DNA from: Nitrospirota bacterium
GTDB taxonomy: Bacteria; Nitrospirota; Thermodesulfovibrionia; Thermodesulfovibrionales; JdFR-86
Direction: 5' to 3'
Assembly (NCBI GenBank): GCA_963721805.1
Contig: CAVRJY010000001.1
Location: 800,001-864,000 of the forward strand
DNA length: 64,000 nucleotides
Numbering within the stretch: the stretch's first letter is position 1; every line of letters begins with the position of its first letter. The position numbers and the translations under genes were made by a program. The notes under the pieces were generated by a model that was given only the letters and a program-made list of their open reading frames with translations, made no database searches and was not told the DNA's origin. Positions 1-10,292 of this stretch are shown here, one piece after another.

Positions 1-777
1 CTTTCCCCGGCCTCCGGGTTTAAGGCCATGCCCGGCTACGGGGTCTCGGCCGTGGTCGATGACAGGCCGGTGTTGATCGGAAACGAGACCTTGATGGAGC
101 GCGAAGGCGTCGCACTAGGCGAGCTGGCGCAGAAGGCCGCGGCGTTCGCCTCAGGGGGCAAGACCCCGATGTTCGTCGCGCTCGGGGGCAGGCCGCTTGG
201 GATGCTCTGCGTGGCCGATACAATAAAGGACGGCGCTGCCGAGGCGATCTCGGCCCTCAAGAGGCTCGGCGTCGAGGTGGTGATGCTCACCGGAGATAAC
301 CGCCGCACCGGCGAGGCCATGGCGCGCCAGGCCGGGATCGGACGCGTGCTCGCCGGGGTCCTCCCGGACCAGAAGGCCGAGGAGGTGCGACGGCTTCAGT
401 CCGGTGGACGGGTGGTCGCGATGGTCGGCGACGGCATAAACGACGCGCCAGCGCTCGCCCAGGCCGACGTCGGGATCGCGATAGGCACAGGGACGGACGT
501 TGCGATGGAGGCCTCCGACATCACGCTCATCAGGGGCGACATCCGCCTGATCGCGGTCGCAATCGCGCTGTCGCGCGCGACGATCACGAATATCAGGCAG
601 AACCTGTTTTGGGCCTTCGCGTACAACACCGTCCTGATCCCGATTGCGGCCGGCGTGCTGTTTCCGTTTTTCGGCATACTGCTAAACCCGATACTCGCGG
701 CCGCGGCGATGGGCATGTCATCGGTCACGGTCGTGAGCAACGCCCTCCGGCTCAAGAGGTTTTCCCCGGACCGCTGA
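1..777 (+). CDS. copA: Heavy-metal translocating P1B-type ATPase (CopA-like), 5'-truncated by window edge
   Basis: MLTGDN, MVGDGINDAPALAQADVG hinge, YN..LIP and MGMSS transmembrane motifs typical of Cu(I) ATPases. Confidence 0.88.
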   Translation, partial: LSPASGFKAMPGYGVSAVVDDRPVLIGNETLMEREGVALGELAQKAAAFASGGKTPMFVALGGRPLGMLCVADTIKDGAAEAISALKRLGVEVVMLTGDNRRTGEAMARQAGIGRVLAGVLPDQKAEEVRRLQSGGRVVAMVGDGINDAPALAQADVGIAIGTGTDVAMEASDITLIRGDIRLIAVAIALSRATITNIRQNLFWAFAYNTVLIPIAAGVLFPFFGILLNPILAAAAMGMSSVTVVSNALRLKRFSPDR

Positions 778-1061
778 TAACGGCCGCGAGAGAAGCGGCC
801 CTCCAACGGCGGTCAATCCCGGCCCTCCTTTCCCGTCCCGAATCAGACCGGCGGAGACCCCCACAATGGCGGCGCAGAGCCCTTATAAGCCTTAGCCTAT
901 CTATCAATAATATTTTTTTATTTGACCGAGACCATGCGGGTATATTACCTTCATACACCGCCGTCATAGGGGGAGAACTCATAATTCTGTATCTGGGCGG
1001 CGTTTTGAGGGTGGAGTTTCCATCACGATAACTGATTCAAAATAAAGAAGGAGGACGTACA

Positions 1062-1397
1062 ATGGCAAGTTTTGATTTTCAGGGCAGGGCGATTGAGATC
1101 GATGATGACGGATACCTCGTCAACCTCGGCGACTGGGTACCGGAAATGGCACAGTCCCTTGCGGACCAGGACGGCATCAAGCTGACCGAGGCCCACTGGG
1201 AGGTCATCAACTTCCTGAGGGACTACTATGCGAAGTACCAGATTGCGCCGATGATCAAGATCCTCGTGAAGGAACTTGGCAAGGCTATGGGCCCGGAGAA
1301 GGGCAACACGAAGTACCTCTACGAGCTGTATCCCGGCGGTCCGGCCAAGCAGGCCTGCAAGTACGCCGGTCTTCCTAAGCCCACGGGCTGCGTATAA
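1062..1397 (+). CDS. dsrC: Dissimilatory sulfite reductase partner DsrC
   Basis: DsrC/TusE family; C-terminal CKYAGLPKPTGCV has both cysteines (CX10C); GAGGA RBS; first gene of dsr cluster. Confidence 0.96.
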   Translation: MASFDFQGRAIEIDDDGYLVNLGDWVPEMAQSLADQDGIKLTEAHWEVINFLRDYYAKYQIAPMIKILVKELGKAMGPEKGNTKYLYELYPGGPAKQACKYAGLPKPTGCV

Positions 1398-1415
1398 CAA
1401 GCCAGCGAATGTCGT

Positions 1416-1440
1416 CGGGGGGCCGCATGGCGGCCCCCCG
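1416..1440 (+). other. Strong GC hairpin after dsrC, no U-tract (possible mRNA stabiliser or partial terminator)
   Basis: CGGGGGGCCGC-ATG-GCGGCCCCCCG perfect 11-bp stem. Confidence 0.55.
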
Positions 1441-1515
1441 ATTCCTGATATGGCGTCCGAGGGGAGAAGTGCAGGGCGCCATTGCTAAAAACGGGGAGGG
1501 GTCGGGCTACAGGGG

Positions 1516-2007
1516 ATGAGCCTTACAAGCCGAAAGCTGGAGATGAAACGGGAGGTCCTTACCTCCTGGTTCGAGCACGTTCTGGGTACGTATCCGGAGG
1601 CGTCCGCAAAGGCTATCCGCGGAAACCCCGACCGTTTCGCCAACCCCGTCGGAAACACCCTCAAAGAATCCCTCTCAATCCTCTACGACGAACTCAGGGA
1701 GGGCGCGGACCTTCATAAGGCCGGCGCCGCCCTCGACGGCATCATCCGCATCCGCTCGGTCCAGGACTTCACCGCATCAGGCGCGGTCGGCTTCATCACG
1801 GCGCTTAAGGGCATCATGAGGCGCACCCTCGGCGAAGACGTCGGCAGCGCGGCCGAGTGGCGCGCCCTGGACGAGAGGATCGACGCGATGCAGCTCGCCG
1901 CCTTCGACATATACACCGAGTGCAGGAAGTCCATTTACGAGATAAGGGTCGAGGAGGTCAAGCGACAGGTTTACATGCTCCTCAAGAAGGCGGAGGCGGT
2001 CCCGTAG
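1516..2007 (+). CDS. dsrT: DsrT (RsbRD N-terminal-like domain)
   Basis: DRFANPVG and IIRIRSVQDF motifs; position between dsrC and dsrM. Confidence 0.9.
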   Translation: MSLTSRKLEMKREVLTSWFEHVLGTYPEASAKAIRGNPDRFANPVGNTLKESLSILYDELREGADLHKAGAALDGIIRIRSVQDFTASGAVGFITALKGIMRRTLGEDVGSAAEWRALDERIDAMQLAAFDIYTECRKSIYEIRVEEVKRQVYMLLKKAEAVP

Positions 2008-2064
2008 GGCTCGCACCGCTTTTTTTTCGGAAAAACATTCATATAGACAGCGAGGTGCTACGAG

Positions 2065-3091
2065 ATGAGGGTGATAATTCCCTTGGTTGCGGTGGTGGTG
2101 CTGATACTGCTCGGTTACGTGGGCGGGCAAGCACCGGGGCTGCACTTCCTATTCGGCGTGGTGGTGCCGTACATCGCGGCCGCGGTCTTTATAGTGGGCT
2201 TTCATGGCCCGCGTCGTCAGGTGGGCCAAGTCCCCCGTGCCGTTTAGGATCCCCACCACCTGCGGCCAGGAGAAGTCTCTGCCGTGGATCAACTGGAGCA
2301 AGCTGGACAATCCCGACAGCACCAAGGGCGTCATCGGGCGCATGCTGCTGGAGGTCCTGTGTTTCCGGTCGCTGTTTAAGGGCACCTCGTCCAAGGTCAA
2401 AGAGGGGCCCCGGATCACCTACCAGACCAGCCTCACTCTCTGGCTCGCAGGGCTCGCCTTCCACTGGTCCTTCCTCATAATATTCATCCGCCACTTCAGG
2501 CTGTTCACCAACCCCGTGCCGGGCTTCATCGGCATGATCGAGAGCGCGGACGGGTTTTTCCAGATCACGCTGCCGACGTTCTACATGACCGACGCCATAC
2601 TGGTCGCGGCCGCGACTTACCTGTTCATCAGGCGGCTCACCAACCCGCAGGTGAAGTACCTCTCGCTCGCGGCCGACTATTTCCCGCTCTTCCTTATATT
2701 CTCGATAGCCTGCACCGGCATATCGATGCGCTATCTCTTCAAGACCGACATAGCGCACGTAAAGCAGATGATCAACGGCATCATGACCTTCAGCCCGGTC
2801 GTCCCGGAGGGCATCAGCCCGATGTTCTACGTGCACATATTCCTCGTCAGTTCGCTGCTGGTCTACTTCCCGCTGAGCAAGCTGATGCACATGGGCGGAG
2901 TCTTCATGAGCCCCACCAGAAACCTCGCCAACAACAGCCGGCAGGTGCGCCACATCAACCCGTGGAACCCCGAGGTGAAGTTCCACACATATGCGGAATA
3001 CGAGGCCGAGTTCTGGAAGGCCATGAAGTCCGTGGACCTGCCCCTTGACAAGGACTACGAGGGTGAAGAACAGAAACAGGGGGATCACTGA
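2065..3091 (+). CDS. dsrM: DsrM membrane cytochrome b subunit (one +1 frameshift at ~2200-2203)
   Basis: ORFs 2065-2247 and 2204-3091 join if one T of GGCTTTCATG is removed; PVPFRIPTTCGQ, FHW, RHFR, YVH, SKLMH motifs. Confidence 0.92.
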
Positions 3092-3093
3092 GA

Positions 3094-4747
3094 ATGGCCA
3101 AGAATATAAAGCCAGCCGAGATTATAGACAGCCTCATAAAGAAGCCGAACCTGCTTCAGGGACTGCCGCCGGCGACCGAATGGTTCGATACCCCGGTCGT
3201 ATTCGAGCCCGGCAATTTCTGCCACGCGGGCAAGGCGAAGATAGTCGAGTACCATCACTTCCCGAACCCGAGGGAGTGGAGGGCCACCGACGAGGACTGG
3301 AAGCTCCCCGAGAACTGGAAGGAGATAATCATCGAGGGCATCAGGGAACGCCTCGACAAGTTCCGCTCCTTCAAGCTCTTTATGGACATATGCGTGCGCT
3401 GCGGCGCATGCGCCGACAAGTGCCACTTCTTCATCGGCTCCGGCGACCCCAAGAACATGCCGGTGCTGCGCGCCGAGCTCATGCGCTCGATCTACCGCGG
3501 CGAGTTCACGACCGCCGGCAAGATCCTCGGGCGCATCGCCGGAGGCCGCAAGCTCACCAAGGACGTGATCAAAGAGTGGTTCATGTACTTCTACCAGTGC
3601 ACCGAGTGCCGCCGCTGCTCGGTCTTCTGCCCTTATGGCATTGACACCGCCGAGGTCACGATGATGGCCCGCGAGATCATGCACCTCGATAGGCGTCAAC
3701 ATCAACTGGATCCTTGAGCCCGCGGCCAACTCAAACCGCACCGGCAACCACCTGGGCCTGCAGCCCCACACCATCAAGAGCAACCTCGAGTCCTTAAGCG
3801 ACGACCTCTTCGATGCCACCGGTATCCGCGTGGACGTCCCCTTCAATAAAAAGGGCGCCGAGGTCCTGTTCGTCATTCCTTCGGCCGACGCCTTCGCAGA
3901 CCCCGGCGTCTACACGATGATGGGCTACATGCTGCTGCTCAAGCACATCGGGCTCGACTACACGATGAGCACGTACGCATCCGAGGGCGGCAACTTCGGC
4001 CTCTTCACCAACACTACGCTGATGAAGAAGCTGAACGCCAAGATATACCACGAGTCCAGGCGCCTCGGCGTCAAGTGGATACTGGGCGGCGAGTGCGGCC
4101 ACATGTGGCGCGTCCTGAACCAGTACATGGACACGATGAACGGCCCGGCGGATTTCCTTGAAGTCCCCAAGAGCCCGATCACCGGCACGGTGTTCGAAAA
4201 CGCCAACTCGACCAAGATGATCCACATCTCCGAGTTCACGGCCGACCTGATCAAGCACGGCAAGCTCAAGCTCGATCCCAAGCGCAACGACCACCGCAAG
4301 GTCACGTTCCACGACTCGTGCAATACGTCGCGCGGCATGGGCCTGCTCGAGGAGCCCCGCTACATACTCAATAATGTGGTGAACAACTTCCACGAGATGC
4401 CGGAAAACACGATACGCGAGCAGACATTCTGCTGCGGCTCGGGCACAGGCCTTAACACCGACGAGCTGATGGATGTCAGGATGCGCGGAGGCCTTCCGAG
4501 GGCAAACGCGGTCAAGCACGTCGCTGACACGCACGGCGTGGACATGCTCAGCTGCGTCTGCGCGATCGACCGCGCCACGCTGCTTGCGGCCATGCGCTAC
4601 TGGGTCCCCGGCGTCGAGGTATGCGGCGTCTCCGAACTGGTGGGCAACGCGCTGATCATGGACGGCGAAAAAGCTAGAGACAAGGACCTCAGGGGCGACG
4701 ACCTCGTCGCACCCACGGGGCCGATGGCTGAAGGAGGTGACGCGTAA
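3094..4747 (+). CDS. dsrK: DsrK catalytic Fe-S/CCG subunit (one +1 frameshift at ~3688)
   Basis: CVRCGACADKC and CTECRRCSVFC ferredoxin motifs; +1 frame continues IGVNINWILEPAANSNRTGNHLG into ORF 3830-4747 with HDSC...CCG. Confidence 0.93.
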
Positions 4748-5124
4748 TGTACGACGCGGGAAAAGTAATCACCGGGCTGGTAATATTCGCGGTGCTCATG
4801 ACCGCGCCTTTCTGGCTCAACACCGGCACCGCCGAGTTCCCCAAGGTGGAACTCCCGACCGTGGAGAAGAAATGCATCGAGTCCAAGGAGTACATGCTGC
4901 AAAACCACATGCAGATGCTCGACGCCTGGAGGCTCGAGGCCGTACGCGAGGGTGAGCGCACCTACACCTCGACTGACGGCAGGAAGTTCGACAAGAGCCT
5001 CACTCGCACCTGCCTGCACTGCCATGACAACAAGAAGAACTTCTGCGACCGCTGCCACGAGTACGCAAACGTCAGGCCCTACTGCTTCGAATGCCATGTA
5101 GACCCGAAGAAGGAGGTCCAATAA
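4747..5124 (+). CDS. dsrJ: DsrJ triheme cytochrome c
   Basis: N-terminal TM/signal; three CxxCH (CLHCH, CDRCH, CFECH); operon position. Confidence 0.93.
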   Translation: MYDAGKVITGLVIFAVLMTAPFWLNTGTAEFPKVELPTVEKKCIESKEYMLQNHMQMLDAWRLEAVREGERTYTSTDGRKFDKSLTRTCLHCHDNKKNFCDRCHEYANVRPYCFECHVDPKKEVQ

Positions 5125-5125
5125 T

Positions 5126-5911
5126 ATGGGAATGGACAGAAGGGAATTTCTGAAAATCGGAGGTGTCGCTGCGGCGCTCGGCCTAGGGGCCATCGCCACC
5201 GGCGACGTCCTTTTGGGAAAAGGGCTCGGCGCGGCCGAGACGGCGCCCGAGGTCTCAAACATCGTGCCCAGTTCCGACGTCAAGTGGGGCATGGTCATAA
5301 ACACCAAGAAGTTCACCGAGGAAGACTACAAGCGCTGCATCGAGGCATGCCATACCATCCACAACGTCCCCGACTTCGGCAACCCGAAGGACGAGATCAA
5401 GTGGATATGGACCGCCCCGTTCCAGAACGCCTTCCCCACTCTGGAGAACAAGTTCCAGGGTACGGAGACCGAGGAAAAGCCTGTCGGGGTGCTATGCAAC
5501 CACTGCTCCGAGCCGCCATGCGTCCGGGTCTGCCCGACCAAGGCCACGTTTAAGAGCGCGGACGGCATCACGCAGATGGACATGCACCGCTGCATCGGGT
5601 GCCGCTTCTGCATGGCTGCCTGCCCTTACGGCGCGAGGAGTTTCAACTGGCGCGACCCGAGGCCCTTCATCAAGAAGATCACCCCGGACTTCCCGACCAG
5701 GGAGCGCGGCGTGGTCGAGAAGTGCAACTTCTGCACCGAGCGGCTCGCCAAGGGGAAGATCCCGGCATGCGTCGAGGCCTCTAACGGCGCGATGGTGTTT
5801 GGGAATCTCAAGGACCCCAATTCCGAGATCAGGAAGGTCCTCGCGGAGAATTTCAACATTCAGCGTAAACCCGAGCTGGGCACAATCCCCTCGGTTTACT
5901 ACTTAGTGTGA
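5126..5911 (+). CDS. dsrO: DsrO periplasmic Fe-S protein
   Basis: Tat signal DRREFLK; CNHC..PPC..VCP, CIGCRFCMAACP and KCNFC motifs. Confidence 0.93.
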   Translation: MGMDRREFLKIGGVAAALGLGAIATGDVLLGKGLGAAETAPEVSNIVPSSDVKWGMVINTKKFTEEDYKRCIEACHTIHNVPDFGNPKDEIKWIWTAPFQNAFPTLENKFQGTETEEKPVGVLCNHCSEPPCVRVCPTKATFKSADGITQMDMHRCIGCRFCMAACPYGARSFNWRDPRPFIKKITPDFPTRERGVVEKCNFCTERLAKGKIPACVEASNGAMVFGNLKDPNSEIRKVLAENFNIQRKPELGTIPSVYYLV

Positions 5912-5918
5912 GGGTGAT

Positions 5919-7091
5919 ATGCTAGAAAAAGCGTTTACAGGCGGCAAGACTTACAAGATGTGGATGGGCTTCCTCTTCCTCCTTGTGGTGATGGGCTCGC
6001 TGGCCTATCTGCAGCAGTTCAACCACGGTCTCGGGATCACGGGCATGAGCCGGGACGTCTCGTGGGGCGTGTACATCTCTCAGTTCACGTTCCTGGTCGG
6101 CGTTGCGGCATCGGCCGTGATGCTCGTCCTTCCGTACTACCTGCACGACTATAAGACGTTCGGCAAGATAGTCGTCCTCGGGGAGATGCTCGCGGTCTCG
6201 GCCATCGTGATGTGCCTGACCTTCATCATGGCCGATCTCGGCAAGCCGATGAGGGCCCTCAACGTCCTTCTGCACCCCACGCCCAACTCTATCCTATTTT
6301 GGGACATGATAGTGCTCAACGGATACCTCTTCCTTAACCTGCTGTGCGGCTTCGTGGCGATGGAGTCCGAGCGCAACGAGACGGCCCCGCCGAAGTGGAT
6401 AAAGCCGTTCATCTACCTCTCGATACCGTGGGCAGTCAGCATCCACACCGTAACGGCGTTCCTGTATGCCGGCCTACCGGCGCGCCACTACTGGCTCAGC
6501 GCGATCATGGCCCCCCGCTTCCTCGCGTCCGCGTTCGCGGGCGGCCCGGCGCTACTGATCATCCTTGCGCTGATCGTCAGGAAGTTCACCGGGTTCGACG
6601 CCGGCAAGGCCGCGATCCAGAAGCTCGCGGTCATCGTCACCTATTCGGCCCTGCTGAACGCCTTCTTCATCGGGCTGGAGGTATTCACCTCGTTTTACAG
6701 CAACATCCCCGAGCACAAGACCACATTCCAGTACCTCTGGCAGGGCATCGACGGCCATAACGTACTCGTGCCGTTTATGTGGACCTCGGCGATACTCGGC
6801 GTAATATCGATCGCGATGCTCTTGTTCCCGAAGGTCAGGCAGGACGAGTCGAAGCTCGTGTGGGCCTGCGTCATGCTGTTCATCTCGCTCTGGATAGACA
6901 AGGGCATCGGCCTCGTCATCGGCGGCTTCGTCCCGAGCCCGATGGAGCAGGTCACGGAATACCACGCCACCGGGCTCGAGATCATGATCACGGTCGGCAT
7001 CTGGGCCCTGGGGTTCTTTATCCTCAGCGCGCTGTACAAGGTCGCTATAGACATCAAGCTCAGCAAGGGAGGCGTCGAGACCCCACATTAG
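5919..7091 (+). CDS. dsrP: DsrP NrfD/PsrC-type membrane protein
   Basis: TGMSRDVSWG, FTFLVGVAASA, WAVSIHTVTAF; about 10 TM segments. Confidence 0.93.
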   Translation: MLEKAFTGGKTYKMWMGFLFLLVVMGSLAYLQQFNHGLGITGMSRDVSWGVYISQFTFLVGVAASAVMLVLPYYLHDYKTFGKIVVLGEMLAVSAIVMCLTFIMADLGKPMRALNVLLHPTPNSILFWDMIVLNGYLFLNLLCGFVAMESERNETAPPKWIKPFIYLSIPWAVSIHTVTAFLYAGLPARHYWLSAIMAPRFLASAFAGGPALLIILALIVRKFTGFDAGKAAIQKLAVIVTYSALLNAFFIGLEVFTSFYSNIPEHKTTFQYLWQGIDGHNVLVPFMWTSAILGVISIAMLLFPKVRQDESKLVWACVMLFISLWIDKGIGLVIGGFVPSPMEQVTEYHATGLEIMITVGIWALGFFILSALYKVAIDIKLSKGGVETPH

Positions 7092-7098
7092 ACCGATC

Positions 7099-7148
7099 GA
7101 CCCCCTGTCTGGGCAGTTCGGCTGCCGGGACAGGGGGTTGGACTTTTC
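7099..7148 (+). terminator. Probable intrinsic terminator after dsrP
   Basis: CCCCCTGTC..GGCAG-TTCGG-CTGCC..GACAGGGGG hairpin followed by short T run. Confidence 0.6.
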
Positions 7149-7211
7149 TGCGGACAGCGGATTAAACTATAACAAGATTATAAAAACCCTTATATCAAGG
7201 AGGTGAGAATC

Positions 7212-7397
7212 ATGTACATGGTAACAGTTGACACCGAGAAGTGCACTGGCTGCGAGGAGTGCGTAAGCGTGTGCCCCAATGAGGTATTCCAGATGACCGA
7301 CGGCAAGTCCGACCCGCACCAGACCGGCGAGTGTGTGTTCTGCGAGAGCTGCATCGGCGTATGCCCCTCGGGTGCGATCACTATCAACGAGATGTAA
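7212..7397 (+). CDS. 2x[4Fe-4S] ferredoxin
   Basis: CTGCEECVSVCP and CVFCESCIGVCP; AGGAGG RBS upstream of ATG 7212. Confidence 0.92.
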   Translation: MYMVTVDTEKCTGCEECVSVCPNEVFQMTDGKSDPHQTGECVFCESCIGVCPSGAITINEM

Positions 7398-7414
7398 TTC
7401 ACCCAAGGCTAATT

Positions 7415-7452
7415 AGAGAGGGACGCCCCGAGAGGGGTGTCCCTCTTTTTTT
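7415..7452 (+). terminator. Intrinsic terminator after ferredoxin
   Basis: AGAGGGACGCCCC-GAGA-GGGGTGTCCCTCT then T-tract. Confidence 0.8.
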
Positions 7453-7626
7453 ATGGTTTGAAGGGGCGTCCTCACGGCCCGGCAATTACGCTGCCGCAGG
7501 GTCGGAGTTCAAATCTGAAAGCACCTCCTCAACTTCAATTTGGCTGGCTATTTTTCCGCTTGTGCATTCGTGGTATATTAAGATGATTTTCCGCATCCAT
7601 ACACCAAAATACGAGGTGCCAGCGAT

Positions 7627-9532
7627 ATGGGCAGACATGACGATTTCGCTACGCAAGGCCTCTTGCGATTGCGGCGGCTTCTGGGCCAGGGCAGCCGAGG
7701 CCATAGACTGGAACAAAAAATGGGACACCGTGCTGGACGACTCGAACCCGCCGTTTTACCGCTGGTTTCAGGGCGGCGAGCTCAACACCTGCTATAACGC
7801 CCTTGACCGCCACGTCGAGCGGGGCCGCGCGGACCAGGTCGCGCTCATATACGACAGCCCGGTGACGAACACGATCGAAAAGTTTACTTACGCGGAGCTG
7901 CTTGATAAGGTCGCCTCATTTGCCGGCGCGCTCAAGGGGCTCGGTGTGGTGAAGGGCGACACGGTCGTGATCTACATGCCGATGATCCCCGAGGCGGTCG
8001 TGGCGATGCTCGCCTGCGCGAGGCTCGGCGCGGTGCATTCGGTCGTCTTCGGCGGGTTCGCCCCGCATGAGCTCGCCCTGCGCATCGACGACGCCAGGCC
8101 GAGGGTCGTCGTCTCGGCCTCGGGCGCGATAGAGGTGACGCGCATTATCGAGTACAAGCCGCTTCTCGATAAGGCCATCGACCTTGCCGACTCACAAGCC
8201 CGAGCGAGTGCGTGATATTCCAGCGCTCGCACGTGAAGGCGTCGCTGAAGCAGGGCCGCGACCTCGACTGGGACCGAGCTTGTCTCGAAGTCCGAGCCTG
8301 CCGGGTGCGTGCCCGTGCTCGCGACCGACCCGCTTTATATCCTCTATACCTCTGGCACGACCGGCAAGCCCAAGGGCGTGATGCGCGACAACGGCGGGCA
8401 TGCGGTCGCGCTCCGCTGGAGCATGGAGAACATCTACGACGTACACCCGGGCGACGTGTTCTGGTCCGCCTCGGACGTGGGCTGGGTCGTTGGGCACTCA
8501 TATATCGTCTACGGCCCTCTGCTTACGGGCTGCACCACCGTGCTCTACGAGGGCAAGTCCGTCGGCACGCCAAACCCCGGCGCCTTCTGGCGCGTGATCG
8601 CGCAGCACGGCGTCAAGGTGATGTTCACCGCGCCGACCGCGTTTAGGGCGATCAAGAAAGAGGACCCCGAGGGCAGGTACGCGGCTGACTATGACCTGAC
8701 TGAGTTCAAGTACCTGTTCCTGGCCGGGGAGCGGCTCGACCCGGACACTTACCACTGGGCATCGAGGATCCTGCGCCGGCCAGTGATCGACCACTGGTGG
8801 CAGACCGAGACCGGATGGCCGATAGCCTCAAACTGCATGGGGATCGAGCAGTTCCCGATCAAGCCCGGCTCTCCGTCGAAGGCCGTGCCGGGCTTCGACG
8901 TCAGGATCGTGGACGGCGAAGGCAGGGAGCTGGGCCCCCATCAGGAGGGAAACATAGTAATCAAGCTCCCGCTGCCGCCGGGCACCCTGCCGACGCTCTG
9001 GATGGATGACCGCCGATTCGTCGAGTCATACCTCAGCACATACCCCGGCTATTACCTGACTAGCGATGGCGGCTACATGGACGAGGACGGTTATCTATTC
9101 GTGATGGGCCGCGTCGACGACGTGATAAACGTGGCCGGCCACAGGCTCTCGACCGGCGAGATGGAGGAGGTCATCGCCACGCACCCGATGGTGGCCGAGT
9201 GCGCCGTGATCGGCGCGGCCGACTCGCTTAAGGGCCAGCTACCGCTGGGCCTGATCGTGCTTAAGTCCGGGGCGGTCACGGACGAAGAGTCGCTGGGCAG
9301 GGAACTGACACGCATGATCCGCGACCAGATCGGCCCGATCGCGTGCTACAAGACCACCGCGATAGTAAGCAGGCTCCCAAAGACGCGCTCCGGCAAGATA
9401 CTGCGAAGCACGATGCGCAAGATCGCAGACGGGGCCGACTTCGCGGTGCCCTCTACTATCGACGACCCCGCGATACTGGACGAAATCGGCAGGGACCTGA
9501 GGCGCGCCGGGTACCCCGCGTGCAAGAAATAG
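7627..9532 (+). CDS. prpE: Propionyl-/acetyl-CoA synthetase (PrpE/Acs family); about four apparent +1 frameshifts (~7650, ~8190, ~8207, ~8274)
   Basis: GELNTCYNALDRH, YILYTSGTTGKPKG, DHWWQTETG, LPKTRSGKILR spread over ORFs 7331-8215, 8184-, 8212- and 8309-9532; GAGGTG RBS before ATG 7627. Confidence 0.82.
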
Positions 9533-9603
9533 CCTAAGGCAAGCGCCGGCAGAGACTGAGGCACTTAACGGCACTTGCATCATGGCGGCACCTAAAAATA
9601 TCT

Positions 9604-9622
9604 TAACAAAAATATTTTGTTA
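9604..9622. promoter_or_regulatory. Palindromic candidate operator upstream of SufR-like regulator
   Basis: TAACAAAA-ATA-TTTTGTTA perfect 8-3-8 inverted repeat, 16 nt before ATG 9639. Confidence 0.55.
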
Positions 9623-9638
9623 GTGGTATTCTAGATGC

Positions 9639-10269
9639 ATGGTTCAATTTTTAGATGAGAGCCCGATGCGACAGAAGATCCTTCTTCTGCTGAAGAAATC
9701 CGAGAGGTTGAGCATGGCCGATCTCGGCCGCGAGACCTGCATCACTCCCTATGGCCGTCCGTCAGCACCTGATGGCCCTCGAGAGAAAAGGCATCGTCAC
9801 GCGCAGCGCGAAGAACAACGGTGTCGGCCGCCCGATATACGTCTATTCGCTCACCGAGAAGGGCACCGGCATCTTCCCCCACGCATACGTGAAGTTCTGC
9901 CTCGACATCCTGCGCCTGATCGAGAAAGACCGCGGCCGAGACGGCGTGATCGAGCTGCTCAAGGCCCGGAGCGCCGAGAGCTGCGACGAGCTCCTCAGGG
10001 TCTGCCCGCGCCACTGCACGTGCACTGAAAAGGTTTCCAATTTTCTTGAGCACAAGAACTCCAAGGGCGGCATGGCCGAGGCCAAGAAGGTCGGCGACAC
10101 GCACGTGATCGATATCTACAACTGCATTATCTCCGAGGTCGCGCACAGGTATCCCGAGGTCTGCAAGTTCGAGCTCGATGCCATGAAGGGGGTCTTCGGC
10201 CGCGGCATCAAGCTCGAATACCACATGTTCGACGGGTTCGCCGCCTGCCGTTTTACGGTCCCCTGCTGA
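9639..10269 (+). CDS. SufR-like HTH transcriptional regulator with C-terminal Cys (one +1 frameshift at ~9747-9750)
   Basis: ORFs 9639- and 9751-10269 join (ITP/MAVRQHL); GRP..YSLT.KG...FP..Y and NC-X12-C...C motifs. Confidence 0.75.
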
Positions 10270-10292
10270 CGCCGTCAGCCCGCCGCCTGCCC

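Noticed and set aside
2200..3690. Programmed ribosomal frameshifting in dsrM and dsrK
   Set aside because: No slippery heptamer or stimulatory structure is evident. The same +1 defect hits unrelated neighbouring genes, which favours sequencing error.
7331..7626. N-terminal extension of the prpE ORF from 7331
   Set aside because: It runs through the ferredoxin end and a terminator. The RBS and family-like N-terminus point to ATG 7627.
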